A program made the translations under genes and the position numbers. Shown here piece by piece: positions 10,301 through 19,468 of a stretch of DNA of 64,000 bases. The DNA comes from an uncultured virus (IMG/VR IMGVR_UViG_3300025012_000065) (lineage: Duplodnaviria > Heunggongvirae > Uroviricota > Caudoviricetes). Within the stretch, counting starts at the first letter, position 1; each line of letters starts with the position of its first letter. Under the pieces are notes generated by a model that worked only from the letters and a program-made list of their open reading frames with translations, searched no databases and was not told where the DNA came from. The stretch is from IMG/VR virus record IMGVR_UViG_3300025012_000065; one strand, given 5' to 3'.

Positions 10301-11217
10301 TCTTTTGGCGGTATCTTATTGCCCGATGGTTTGACATCTATAAGTCTTCGTATAACACCAGACTTAGCATCGGTGATTTTTACCGGCTTATTAGTACCCA
10401 TGAACAAGAAGGCGTTGAATCGAGTGGTATATGACGGCTTATATAATTCCCTAACACTCATTTCTTCGTGGGATACAATAGAGTTTAGTTTGGTGTTATC
10501 CTCAATCTTTGATAGGTCGCCATCATGCTGAATCGCCACAAGCGGGTTAGATTTAAATGCTTCTGTCGAGAAGGTGTTACCTGAAGCAGTAAGCGCTTTG
10601 GCTTCGAAGGTGACATAATATCCCATAAATAACTTTTGAATGATGTTAAGTATCGTTGACTTACCAGAACCCATTTCTCCATAAAGGACAATAAACTTTT
10701 GGATATCTTTTGAATCGCCTGAAACAATAGCGCCAATTGCCCACTCAAGCTTTTCACGCTCTTCTGGATCATAGAGCGTCCCAATGATCTTGTCGTAGCT
10801 ATCAATCTTTCCTTTCTCTAATGGATAATTTAATCGTTTGCTAACATAGTCTTTTTTATTAACCGTAGTATTAGCAAATGTTAATTGAGTATCCAGTTGC
10901 TGGGCATTGTCAGAAATATGCCCAATGTAATTTCTAAACTCTGCCCACGAGTTACTAGAGAAATCGCTCATTAACTTTACATTGATTCGATTATCGCTTT
11001 TAGCAGTAAGTTCTTTTTGATGCACAACAAGTTTACCATCTACTAATCTTTGAACGTCATACTCATCGGTGGACCACATTCCTCGATCCTCATCCCAGAT
11101 AGCATAGAATGATCTTCCTCTAACCATTAAATCTTTAGATCGACACACTTTAAAATCTGGGAATAATTCTATGACACTATTCTTTGCAGCCCTTTCTTTG
11201 ATTTGATAAAAATCCAC
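7312..11217 (-). CDS. fused replicase: SF3/D5-like helicase + primase-polymerase domain + 3'-5' exonuclease + family B-like DNA polymerase (probable GTG start at 11217; the ORF track extends it to 11364)
   Basis: GEMGSGKST Walker A; VIDFD...SKSGNGLHLHY primase motifs; FDVEVF, GFN..YD, YCINDV exonuclease motifs; DVGAMHPS, KTALNAAYG, IKTDS polymerase motifs. Confidence 0.8.
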   Translation of the reverse strand: MDFYQIKERAAKNSVIELFPDFKVCRSKDLMVRGRSFYAIWDEDRGMWSTDEYDVQRLVDGKLVVHQKELTAKSDNRINVKLMSDFSSNSWAEFRNYIGHISDNAQQLDTQLTFANTTVNKKDYVSKRLNYPLEKGKIDSYDKIIGTLYDPEEREKLEWAIGAIVSGDSKDIQKFIVLYGEMGSGKSTILNIIQKLFMGYYVTFEAKALTASGNTFSTEAFKSNPLVAIQHDGDLSKIEDNTKLNSIVSHEEMSVRELYKPSYTTRFNAFLFMGTNKPVKITDAKSGVIRRLIDVKPSGNKIPPKEYQILMSQIDFELGAIAKHCLDVYRDLGKNYYSSYRPIDMMMQTDIFYNFVECNYDIFKEQDGVSLAQAYAMYKTYCDEALIEYKAPRHKFREELRSYFKTFSEVMRVAGLQVRSYYSGFLGDKLKIVPPVKEEPPNSLLIDCTESIFDTMCAKCPAQYANDQGTPIAKWSEVRTKLNKLDTHQVHYVKVPDNHIVIDFDLKDETGTKSLSKNIDTASKWPATYTELSKSGNGLHLHYIYDGDVTKLSRIYSDDVEVKVFTGNSSLRRKLSTCNNIPVATINSGLPLKEEVMINFDAVKSEKGLRALIKRNLKKEIHPSTKPSLDFIQKILEDAYSSGLAYDVTDMRPSVLAFANNSNNQSDYCVKLVSKIKFKSEEASIPSSDYISDGLVFFDVEVFPNLFVVVWKAVGRDPVRMINPTPADIESILNFKLVGFNCRRYDNHMLYAAYIGYDNAQLYTLSQRIISGSANCMFSEAYGISYTDVYDFASAQNKMSLKKWEIKLGIHHHELGLPWDKPVDPSLWIKVADYCINDVMATETTFNHLSGDWAARQILAELSGLTVNDTTNTHTTKIVFGTNGKPQNELVYTDLSVMFPGYKFENGKSTYRGIEVGEGGFVHGEPGMYANVPVIDVGAMHPSTIEALNYLGPYTKKYSELKQARIAIKHKDLETLKTLLDGRIIPFIKDSQSDNPKFTLKDVSNGLKTALNAAYGLTFARFDNPFKDPRNIDNIIAKRGALFMVDLMFAVQERGFQAAHIKTDSIKIPEATPEIIEFVMQFGKKYGYDFEHENTYEKLCLVNNAVYVAKYSQDEKINGRDAGTWTTTGAQFSQPYVFKTLFSREPIEFEDTCETKSVTTALYLDMNENLPEDEHNYHFVGKVGSFCPIQIGHGGGILLREKDGKYNAASGTKGYRWLESEVVKVLGKQDAVSHSYYMGLVNAAVTDISKFGDYEWFISDDTSRYAVLPCGSTKFTSCLNCPDFDGANLGTCQLGYENLPI

Positions 11218-11250
11218 ATCTCCGCCCTCTTCTCTCCCCCACTGTCTACC

Positions 11251-11525
11251 TGTTACACTTGTTACGTTTTGAAACACATTTATAAACTTTCTATATATTA
11301 ATTTTTCTCTTATAAAGGTTAGTGATTTTTTTTGTTTTCGTAACAGAAAACCCGCAAAGCCCACTCCCCCTAAGGCTAAGGCCTGTTACACTTTTTTTTA
11401 AAAACGTCACAACTGTCACAAAAACGTCACACTTTTTGCCTTTTTTCGCCCTTTTACACAATTTCTTCAAATATCCAATTTTCAAAAACGTAACAAGTGT
11501 AACAAAAACGTCACACTTTTTTCAC
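11251..11525. repeat. iteron-like direct and inverted repeats flanking an AT-rich tract; candidate replication origin
   Basis: AAAACGT(A/C)ACAA(G/C)TGT(A/C)ACA at 11401 and ~11485, inverted copy at 11251-11272; extra AAAAACGTCACACTTTTT units. Confidence 0.65.
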
Positions 11526-11530
11526 CCATT

Positions 11531-12472
11531 TTACACAATTCCCTTGAATATTGGACAATTTAGTGATACCATCCCCTTCTTATTTTTAGACTCACCAAAG
11601 GATTCCATGTCAACTAACCTACCTAAATATGCTTCTCGGTTAGCCCAAATCTCCTCACGCTCCATAATATTTAACCCGGAACCAACACTAACGGCGTGTC
11701 CTTTGTAGTCGACAATCAATGATCCAAGCATACCCTTAAGTTTACCATCCCCTTCACTAAATGCTATGATCGGTAGAATATGGTCCTTACTCTGTTTAAC
11801 TTTCAGCAAACCATTGGACCGTTTGAACTCGTACTTACCATACAAAGTATTCAGCATAACGCCTTCAAAGCCGCGATCCCAGATCTCCTGAGCGTACCCC
11901 ATTATCTCTTCGTCCGTAGAAGCCACGCCTAAGATTGGCACAGATCTAATATACTTGAACTTAAAGATCGAGTTGAATGTGGGTTCCACTTTCCTCATAA
12001 AGTAGTCGTACGTACCCTGGTCTGTCAGTAATAAACTAAAGCTCGGGTCCTTCAAAATAGAACAAATATAGATCTTCCTAGCCACTGCGGGTTCTCCACG
12101 ACCATCAGTTAATACTCCTAATCTGAAGAACTCAGCTACCGGAATAGCATCAAATATGTTGAACGTTAACCCACGCTTCATACCTTTAGTAGACGCTATT
12201 GCATTAGTAGCCTGACGTAACTCAAGAGCATTAGAATATGACCCCATGGCTAGTAACTCTCCATCATATACCATGTTATCTGGAAGATGCAATGCTTCCT
12301 GTCTGAGGTCAACTAATCCAGTGTCCTCGATACCAGTCCTACTATAAAACTTAGGAGCTCCATCTTTCTTTATCAGTAGGCGTCGTACGCCATCTAATTT
12401 TTCAGTAACGATATATGGGCCTTTGTTCTTACCCTTACTAAATTGTTTTCCTAGCATGACGCCTACGTCCAA
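11531..12472 (-). CDS. ATP-dependent DNA ligase
   Basis: EKLDGVR (KxDG), YDGEL, FNIFD, EGVML, LLKVK, VGSG motifs. Confidence 0.9.
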   Translation of the reverse strand: MDVGVMLGKQFSKGKNKGPYIVTEKLDGVRRLLIKKDGAPKFYSRTGIEDTGLVDLRQEALHLPDNMVYDGELLAMGSYSNALELRQATNAIASTKGMKRGLTFNIFDAIPVAEFFRLGVLTDGRGEPAVARKIYICSILKDPSFSLLLTDQGTYDYFMRKVEPTFNSIFKFKYIRSVPILGVASTDEEIMGYAQEIWDRGFEGVMLNTLYGKYEFKRSNGLLKVKQSKDHILPIIAFSEGDGKLKGMLGSLIVDYKGHAVSVGSGLNIMEREEIWANREAYLGRLVDMESFGESKNKKGMVSLNCPIFKGIV

Positions 12473-12494
12473 AGTAGTTCACCTCATCCTTCAT

Positions 12495-12836
12495 TTATAA
12501 TAATGGTTTTAATACTATTGTTTTTGGGAGGGACTTATTTAATCCATCCAAGAATCTTTCAGTAACCGTAAGATCATACTTTGCAAAATCCTTTGGTGGA
12601 AGTTCTATGCTTTCTACACTAATTCCTACTGGTAAATTAAGCATTGGTTTATCTTCCAAAATTACTTCACTATTCTCTATCCAAATCTCATCAAGAATTG
12701 TATCCTTGCCGTGAGCTTTTAACTCATCTAAGAATCTTTGAATAACTTGAAGTTCGTCCAATTTAAAATTCTCAGTGGGCCATTTAACTACATCCTCACC
12801 ATCATACGCTGGGGATACATAAAATATAAACGGCAA
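12495..12836 (-). CDS. hypothetical protein
   Basis: ORF with GGAGGTG RBS. Confidence 0.55.
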   Translation of the reverse strand: MPFIFYVSPAYDGEDVVKWPTENFKLDELQVIQRFLDELKAHGKDTILDEIWIENSEVILEDKPMLNLPVGISVESIELPPKDFAKYDLTVTERFLDGLNKSLPKTIVLKPLL

Positions 12837-12938
12837 AACAGTTCACCTCCTAGTTATCCATGCCGCTAATAACCTACAATATATATTACAGCTTACGGAG
12901 TATGTCGTACAACCATTACAAGGAAACCTCAAAGTACT

Positions 12939-13127
12939 TCACCCTCTCATAGTGTAATCCGCATTACCCTTAGTGTAACAACCACAATTACCAGGATGAC
13001 ATTTGTGATTATCACACGTAGCTTTATCTAAGATACATGAAAAAGCACATCTATCCTCGCAATCGTGACAGCACTCAACAATATCGCGTCTTGCCGGTCG
13101 AAAGATACTTAACAATTTTTTAAACAT
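12939..13127 (-). CDS. small Cys-rich protein
   Basis: GAGGTG RBS; many Cys residues in 62 aa. Confidence 0.5.
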   Translation of the reverse strand: MFKKLLSIFRPARRDIVECCHDCEDRCAFSCILDKATCDNHKCHPGNCGCYTKGNADYTMRG

Positions 13128-13136
13128 AGATTCACC

Positions 13137-13721
13137 TCATCGCCCATAATAGTTCTCTAACAAATATGCATTCAATTGATACCACAATTCAACCTTTCGT
13201 TGATCTTGCTTGGCGTGATTTAGTGGAAATAGACTTCCTTGACCGTTGCGACGATATGTCCGATCATTGACTTCCCTTAATATCCGATCCACATTCAGAT
13301 CCCCGTCAATCGCGGTCCACACTTCGTCCGTAAACTTACTCAATCCAATATTACCCATCATGTCCCAAAACCATTTGGTCATAGGCATGTTGCCATATTG
13401 GTCAGCCATAATACTCTCGCATCTATACGCTAACGCTACTATTAATTCTAGCATGGAGCATTCGTCATTAAAATATTCGCATACATAGCGGATGTTATTC
13501 TCATCGCAAAATCTCTCACGTAAATTCGTTCCTTCATATGCCCGATTGTCATCATTAGGCACTGTCCAAGAGAAATACGTATCTTCGAGCTTCTTCGTGA
13601 GTAGAGTATAGCTTCGAGTAGATTGGTTGGTATTGATTAAGTCACAAAACCAGAAGTGATATGCACTTATCAGTTCGTTCTTAGACATTATGACCGGCTC
13701 AGTAAACTTCTTACTTCGCAT
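13137..13721 (-). CDS. hypothetical phage protein
   Basis: 194-aa ORF with RBS, packed in the operon. Confidence 0.7.
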   Translation of the reverse strand: MRSKKFTEPVIMSKNELISAYHFWFCDLINTNQSTRSYTLLTKKLEDTYFSWTVPNDDNRAYEGTNLRERFCDENNIRYVCEYFNDECSMLELIVALAYRCESIMADQYGNMPMTKWFWDMMGNIGLSKFTDEVWTAIDGDLNVDRILREVNDRTYRRNGQGSLFPLNHAKQDQRKVELWYQLNAYLLENYYGR

Positions 13722-13726
13722 TTATT

Positions 13727-14305
13727 TTAAGTCTCCTCCCCTGAGACTACTACTGAGAATTTCTTATCTAAGAAAACGATCTCGTAGTCAGTCTGTAGTA
13801 TTTCATTACGTACGTACACTGCGTGAGTATCTCTTGCATCCACACCAAAATATGAATGCACATCGCCAACCAATACCATGTGGTTAGTAACTTCATCTGA
13901 CTGATCATCACATAATATTCGATCCTTACCGTAGTAATATAGGATCTCCTTCTCGTGATCGTCACATTCAAATGAGAATGCTTGAGTTGATATCACGTAT
14001 GGATATGGATTAACGTCACCATTAATGTTACTGTCTTCCTCCTCCGCGTCTTCCTGCTGAGTGTCGTATCGTTTAGCCAAGCCAGTGTATTCTTTCCGCA
14101 TGAGCCTCAGTTTACTAACCTGGCCTGTAATACTGCCTTCTGGATCTCCGTGATCCGCAGAAACACGAGCCTTAGACCCCAGCTCAATATCATCCAGTCG
14201 CTCCTGTACTCGTTCTTCAAAGGAGTCTTTCAAAGCCATGTTAGCGCCGATTACCCCAAAACCAAAACCTAGTGCAAATATAAGTACGCCTTTAAATACC
14301 GTCAT
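13727..14305 (-). CDS. membrane-anchored hypothetical protein
   Basis: N-terminal TM helix, acidic C-terminal domain. Confidence 0.7.
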   Translation of the reverse strand: MTVFKGVLIFALGFGFGVIGANMALKDSFEERVQERLDDIELGSKARVSADHGDPEGSITGQVSKLRLMRKEYTGLAKRYDTQQEDAEEEDSNINGDVNPYPYVISTQAFSFECDDHEKEILYYYGKDRILCDDQSDEVTNHMVLVGDVHSYFGVDARDTHAVYVRNEILQTDYEIVFLDKKFSVVVSGEET

Positions 14306-14636
14306 TGTTTAAAACCTCTTCCTTTTCTGTAGTTACTCTTTTTACACGGGGTTTTTTCTCAACGGGTGACTTTATTGCATTAATCTCAGCATTTACACGT
14401 GCAATTTCAGCTCTCGTTCGCACTCTATAATCTGAATGATCATTAATCATCGCAGCTTCCCGTTCCTGGTAATATGTTTTAAGGTCTAATTCCCTCTCGT
14501 CATACTCTGCTTTAATACATGCGTCCCTGTCAGCATCGATTTGGTTAAGTTGCTTGGCATAGAGCACATACATACTTCCCGCACCAGCAACTATACCAAT
14601 ACCAATCCCGATTAATACCAATCCGATCTTATTCAT
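14292..14636 (-). CDS. membrane-anchored coiled-coil protein
   Basis: N-terminal GIGIGIVAGAG hydrophobic helix. Confidence 0.65.
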   Translation of the reverse strand: MNKIGLVLIGIGIGIVAGAGSMYVLYAKQLNQIDADRDACIKAEYDERELDLKTYYQEREAAMINDHSDYRVRTRAEIARVNAEINAIKSPVEKKPRVKRVTTEKEEVLNNDGI

Positions 14637-14637
14637 T

Positions 14638-14898
14638 TTAATACGTCCTTTCTATAAAATCATAGTAACCATCTTCCTCTTCACCTTCCCGAGGAAATAC
14701 TACTTCATAAGTAACATCCACTTCCGTTTGAGATTTAAAATAGAATGTTCCTCGTTTTTGCTTGCACCATAATAACCTACTAGGAGACATGACTCTGAAT
14801 ATATCTATGACTGGGCGTCCCTCTTGGTCAATAAGCATGTTGTCATACGGATCGTAGTACCAAGAATTAATAATCGGCCGATCATTAACTCTATTCAT
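14638..14898 (-). CDS. hypothetical protein, paralogue 3 of a tandem trio
   Basis: YYD..N.LID.EG.P.IDIF..MSP...YEVVFPREGEEED shared with neighbours. Confidence 0.7.
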   Translation of the reverse strand: MNRVNDRPIINSWYYDPYDNMLIDQEGRPVIDIFRVMSPSRLLWCKQKRGTFYFKSQTEVDVTYEVVFPREGEEEDGYYDFIERTY

Positions 14899-15163
14899 TT
14901 AAGTACATCTGCTCGCGTTCGTATACATATAAATCAGGATCTAAAAAGTAGTAATAATCCTCTTCTTCGCCTTCGCGTGGAAATACCACCTCGTATTGGA
15001 TACCCTTATCTAAATGGCAATCAAAGTAATATGTCCCTCTGTGAAGTTTACACCATGCATATTTAGCTGGCGACATAATCTTAAACACATCAATAAAAGG
15101 AGTACCTTCCTCATCTATAAGATAATTATAATACTCCATATAATAGAAGGATTTAGTTTCCAT
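14891..15163 (-). CDS. hypothetical protein, paralogue 2 of a tandem trio (probable start METKS)
   Basis: similarity to 14638..14898. Confidence 0.65.
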   Translation of the reverse strand: METKSFYYMEYYNYLIDEEGTPFIDVFKIMSPAKYAWCKLHRGTYYFDCHLDKGIQYEVVFPREGEEEDYYYFLDPDLYVYEREQMYLNE

Positions 15164-15419
15164 AACGGCTATCTTCCGCGTCATGATATACCAGCACAAC
15201 AAGATTCCCATGATTATCCCAAACGGACGTGCTTTGTTTATGATTCTTAAACACCGCCAACCTTGCGGGAGATACGATTCGATGTATGTCATAAATTACT
15301 TTCCCGCACTCATCGATCATATAATTCATATCGGCGTCATAATGTAGCTCCGTAATATCAAACGCGCCATAACCCCTACTTGTTTTTACAGCAGCCATAG
15401 TTATACCACACCTACCCAT
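15153..15419 (-). CDS. hypothetical protein, paralogue 1 of a tandem trio
   Basis: LHYDADMNYMIDECGKVIYDIHRIVSP aligns with neighbours. Confidence 0.65.
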   Translation of the reverse strand: MGRCGITMAAVKTSRGYGAFDITELHYDADMNYMIDECGKVIYDIHRIVSPARLAVFKNHKQSTSVWDNHGNLVVLVYHDAEDSRYGN

Positions 15420-15530
15420 ATCAATGTGTCAGAAGATATCTTATCATAACATAAATAAGCCAACGCCCACCAATACAGTCGGCTAATGCGTCTAATCCAG
15501 TATGTGGTTTTGCTACTTTAACCTTCCACA

Positions 15531-16118
15531 TTACGAAGCACCTCCCACTTTAACACCGCACATAGGACAATAATTAATTAAACATGACACGCCATTACTA
15601 CTAGTTCCGTTCGGATCATACCCAAAAGCTACGAGTCTATTTGGATGTTGAATAGCTATGCCACGATCGTTGTCGTCAATGATGATTAAAGCGTGTCCAC
15701 CGTTACAGTGGATGCACGGTTCGGAGGCATGTAATATAGGTCTAACTTCGGAATCCCAAAGTTTACGCAACTCTTCTACGGACTCCGCCGATAATGTTTC
15801 TTTTTCTAAATGTTTAAGATCAAATGGACCAACACCGTCTATATCCGGATACCTTGTTTTCGCCGGGCGATACAGATGACAATTATATCGTACTTCTTCG
15901 TACGAAGCCGGTTTGAACTGACAACGAGTAACCGCACACGTCTTGCAACTAGATAGTTCAGTTATTCGATCTGTAAATATCAACAACTCATCAATTGCAT
16001 TAGCTGCAGAGTCCGCCATGTCGGATATACGAATAGCACCAAAATCGGTGGGTAGCCCTTTGTGTTTTTTAGATATCAACCTCAATTCTTTGGATACGTC
16101 AATTGGTGACATTGACAT
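15531..16118 (-). CDS. hypothetical protein with C-terminal CxxC...CPMCG zinc-binding domain (probable start MSMSP)
   Basis: GAAAGGGG RBS before the ATG at 16118; C-terminal domain shared with 18826..19347. Confidence 0.65.
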   Translation of the reverse strand: MSMSPIDVSKELRLISKKHKGLPTDFGAIRISDMADSAANAIDELLIFTDRITELSSCKTCAVTRCQFKPASYEEVRYNCHLYRPAKTRYPDIDGVGPFDLKHLEKETLSAESVEELRKLWDSEVRPILHASEPCIHCNGGHALIIIDDNDRGIAIQHPNRLVAFGYDPNGTSSNGVSCLINYCPMCGVKVGGAS

Positions 16119-16186
16119 TTTAAAATCCCCTTTCAAGACGCCCACAGGGCGGATTCCGGCTTTTGCCATGATGTTTATTACCATCA

Positions 16187-16846
16187 TTAGATATCATTTG
16201 ATTTGAATCCATTATTATCCATTCCCATAATGATTGGAACTTGAACTCCATCTATAAGGAATATAATACTGTTACACCCATTGATTGATGTAAATGTATT
16301 TACTGCCTCGTAGATATACACCATAGCTTGCGTTGATCCACCTTTATACGCATCTATAAAATCATGCGATAGGTCGAGATAACCTACTCCACCTTCCTTA
16401 ATTGAAAAATCCAAAACGCTAACACCTTTAGGCTCATCGGCAAGCATATCCCAAATAGCTTGCGGTGTAGTTTCTTTAATTGTTATAGATTTACCGATTA
16501 AATAACCTTGCTCATCGGCGTGATATATTGTTAAGTTAGTCATTATATCAGGATTAACCGCGATTGGTGTAGGTATTACAATTTCTGGTTTAATTACCGG
16601 ATCAACACTTACTGGTTGTTGTACTACTTTTTCATCAACACTTACCGGCTCAATTTCTGGTTTAATTACCGGATCAACACTTACTGGTTGTTGTACTACT
16701 TTTTCATCAACACTTACCGGCTCAATTTCTGTTATTGGCGTTTCTTTAATAACTGACGCAATAGGACTAGTAGGGATGTTTGATTTAGCGCAACCTATAT
16801 TTGATAGCGCGATTAACATTATGGTGATTACTAATAACTTCTTCAT
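16187..16846 (-). CDS. lipoprotein with Pro-rich repeat linker and GerMN-like C-terminal domain
   Basis: MKK + hydrophobic stretch + IGC lipobox; LDLS.DF....GGST......AVNTFT.....FLIDG. Confidence 0.7.
   Translation of the reverse strand: MKKLLVITIMLIALSNIGCAKSNIPTSPIASVIKETPITEIEPVSVDEKVVQQPVSVDPVIKPEIEPVSVDEKVVQQPVSVDPVIKPEIVIPTPIAVNPDIMTNLTIYHADEQGYLIGKSITIKETTPQAIWDMLADEPKGVSVLDFSIKEGGVGYLDLSHDFIDAYKGGSTQAMVYIYEAVNTFTSINGCNSIIFLIDGVQVPIIMGMDNNGFKSNDI
16579..16731. repeat. perfect 72-bp tandem duplication (24 aa) within the lipoprotein gene
   Basis: caatttctg recurs at 16579, 16651 and 16723; EIEPVSVDEKVVQQPVSVDPVIKP x2. Confidence 0.95.
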
Positions 16847-17206
16847 AGTATTCCTTTCAATATATGGTTATCGTCGTTCAAAATTGTTTTGATTTGAGTA
16901 CGCACAACCGGTTGCCGCATGTTGGACACATGTCGGATTCCTCAGTAAACATATTTTATCACAGCGTACACATTCGCAACGGTTTGGGCAATCGGGATTC
17001 ATTAGTATGTCAGTCATTGCCCCGGTCGGTTTGCACTCCTCCGTCTACCGAGCAAACCTAAAAAGTCAGGATATAACAGATGTCCAATAGCGCCTATTAC
17101 TAAGTCCTCAGACTCGCGCTTGGTTATTCGTCGCTTAGGAGCCTTAGGTGGGAGTTTCCCCGCCTTTGCTAATTTGGCTGTAGGGTTATGCTTGTGTTGA
17201 CCCATA

Positions 17207-17473
17207 TTAATTGGCGCTGGTAATTGAGTTGGATTTAGGATTAGACCTCTCGTTTAGCAAGTAGTTGGCCATGTCACTTTTGGAATCCGACTTAACTTCC
17301 CGCTTAGGCGTTATCGAAAACCACCGTACAGTCCGCAGTGGGATATGGCGATTCTGACCAGTAACCAATACCATCCAAAGCAGATCATTACCGGCTCTAA
17401 CTTCGGAGGCTTCAAACTCCTCCAAATATCCATCAGACCAACGTACTGACACATCTTTAATTTCTTGTTTCAT
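17207..17473 (-). CDS. hypothetical protein
   Basis: GGAGG RBS, overlaps the upstream stop. Confidence 0.6.
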   Translation of the reverse strand: MKQEIKDVSVRWSDGYLEEFEASEVRAGNDLLWMVLVTGQNRHIPLRTVRWFSITPKREVKSDSKSDMANYLLNERSNPKSNSITSAN

Positions 17474-17907
17474 TTTAAATCCTCCTTCTTCTGACTATAT
17501 TCATAGGCTCCAGTTGCAAAATTTCTTGAGTATTGAATTGGCTCGGATAAGTTAAACCCGGCATGTATGAGCAAGGACTCAACCCACTTTTGATCATTCC
17601 GAACAATATCAATTAATGGGACGTCGAGTTGTATAAGGTTATCCTCAACTTCACATCGTTTACCTCTAAGAAAATTAGGTATCTGGATATCTAATCCTAC
17701 TTTTAACCCATCGATTATTGATTCCCCGGCATCTTGGGAATTATCAGGCTCACCAATATACTTTTTACATACAACTTCATGGTTGCAACCTATAATAACA
17801 ATGGCTTCGGTAATTTGACCATCACAATTATATAAAGCCTCATCATTTAGATAGGTCTTTACTTGACTACACTTATGGCAGCAACCTTTAAAGTTTATAT
17901 TAATCAT
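17470..17907 (-). CDS. hypothetical protein
   Basis: ORF with RBS. Confidence 0.6.
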   Translation of the reverse strand: MININFKGCCHKCSQVKTYLNDEALYNCDGQITEAIVIIGCNHEVVCKKYIGEPDNSQDAGESIIDGLKVGLDIQIPNFLRGKRCEVEDNLIQLDVPLIDIVRNDQKWVESLLIHAGFNLSEPIQYSRNFATGAYEYSQKKEDLK

Positions 17908-17920
17908 CTCGAACCACCCT

Positions 17921-18154
17921 TCAAGATTTTAATAGTTTAGTAATATTAACGTCTAAAGCGTTAGCCACCTTAACTAACGACGAGATACTAGGTACAAAAT
18001 CGTAATTCCCACTTTCCCATCGTCTAATCATTTTTTCACCAACGCCAACTAACTTAGCTAAACTTCTCATTGATAAGTCTCGCTTTTGTCTATAATAACT
18101 TATCTTGGAGGCAATTGTTGACTTTACCAACTCGATATCATTCTTTTCAGACAT
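17921..18154 (-). CDS. XRE/Cro-family HTH transcriptional regulator
   Basis: YRQKRDLSMRSLAKLVGVGEKMIRRWESG...PSISSLVKVANALDV. Confidence 0.85.
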   Translation of the reverse strand: MSEKNDIELVKSTIASKISYYRQKRDLSMRSLAKLVGVGEKMIRRWESGNYDFVPSISSLVKVANALDVNITKLLKS

Positions 18155-18825
18155 ACGATTTCAGCCCCTCCCCCTTCTAAAGACTAATAACATTTATATC
18201 CAAATACCAATCACTAAAGATACCACATGCTCTCTAGACTTAACCATCGCCATTCAAATCCTTTATAAATACAGTGTTACCGATATCGTCCATCGTAAAA
18301 TCCATATACCTACAGAACATATATTTCACCCTAAACATTTGACCCGACACAGCAATCACTTCGCCGTGAATGGTTGCTTCATGGCCATTATAAGGTCGGA
18401 ATACCTTAGCCATAACAAGATCGCCGACTTTACACGGTATCATTATCAATCACTCCTCCGTCAAATGAGATTGTAGATAGTCTTGGCTACATGTTCTGGA
18501 ATCACAATACCATAATCCATATCGAGGATATACAGTACGTCAATTTCCTTACCATTAATATTAGCTTTAACTATAGCCATTACGTTTGCATGATCTGAAC
18601 TACGCTCTTCAATCTCTAATTCGCCAACACATTTACCGGCATCAAACACTAAAATAGTTTTCTTCATTTCAAAGCTCCTTTTCTAAAAGAAGACAGGCCA
18701 AAATAAACATGCAGCCTATCATAATGCCTATACTCATTTCGAAGCCTCCTCAAGATACTAATCTACCCCAACCTATAAACATAAATCGGGGTAGTCCATA
18801 ATATCCTTTCAAAATAAGATTTCCG

Positions 18826-19347
18826 CTATTGCCTGTGCAGATGTTTTAAACTACGACCACACATAGGACAATAATCAATTTTAACCTCAATACCATTGTT
18901 TCCGAACCCATGAACATCATATCCATATGCATTAAGAATGCCAGGATATCTAATACCAATTCCAGAATCATTAGTTTTACCAGTCGTTAAAGCTACTCCG
19001 CCATCACAATATATACATTCTAATTTATCAATCACCTCGTTTGATTCTAATTTAATTTTTCTAACACCACTTCCTCCTACAAGATAAATACGATTAAATT
19101 TATCTTGTACCGCAATACAATACTCGTTTTTATCATATATCTCATCCAGAACATGGTTGTGCACCCCGATGATAGTTAACGGAAATCCCGTTGGTTCAAC
19201 AAAACGTTTATACTGCCAATATGGAGCATACTTAGGATGTTTCTTAATAAATTGACTATACGAATAATATATCAGATCCTGATTTATTATCACTTCGTCG
19301 CCGATATTAAACCCAAGATTTAATTTTTTCACTTCACGTTTGGTCAT
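18826..19347 (-). CDS. hypothetical protein with C-terminal CxxC...CPMCG domain (probable start MTKRE)
   Basis: GGAAGGG RBS; C-terminal domain shared with 15531..16118. Confidence 0.65.
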   Translation of the reverse strand: MTKREVKKLNLGFNIGDEVIINQDLIYYSYSQFIKKHPKYAPYWQYKRFVEPTGFPLTIIGVHNHVLDEIYDKNEYCIAVQDKFNRIYLVGGSGVRKIKLESNEVIDKLECIYCDGGVALTTGKTNDSGIGIRYPGILNAYGYDVHGFGNNGIEVKIDYCPMCGRSLKHLHRQ

Positions 19348-19468
19348 CTTAATTTCCCTTCCTAGGACAACAGTCCACCCCAACCTATAAACACAAATAC
19401 AGGTTAGGGTAGTCCATAATATCCCTCTCAAAATAACCGGACCCGACGGCATTCCAGCCGTCCCGGAG

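Noticed and set aside
11218..11364. N-terminal 49 aa of the 1350-aa ORF
   Set aside because: Runs through the repeat/AT-rich region; the RBS-like GGAG precedes the GTG at 11217
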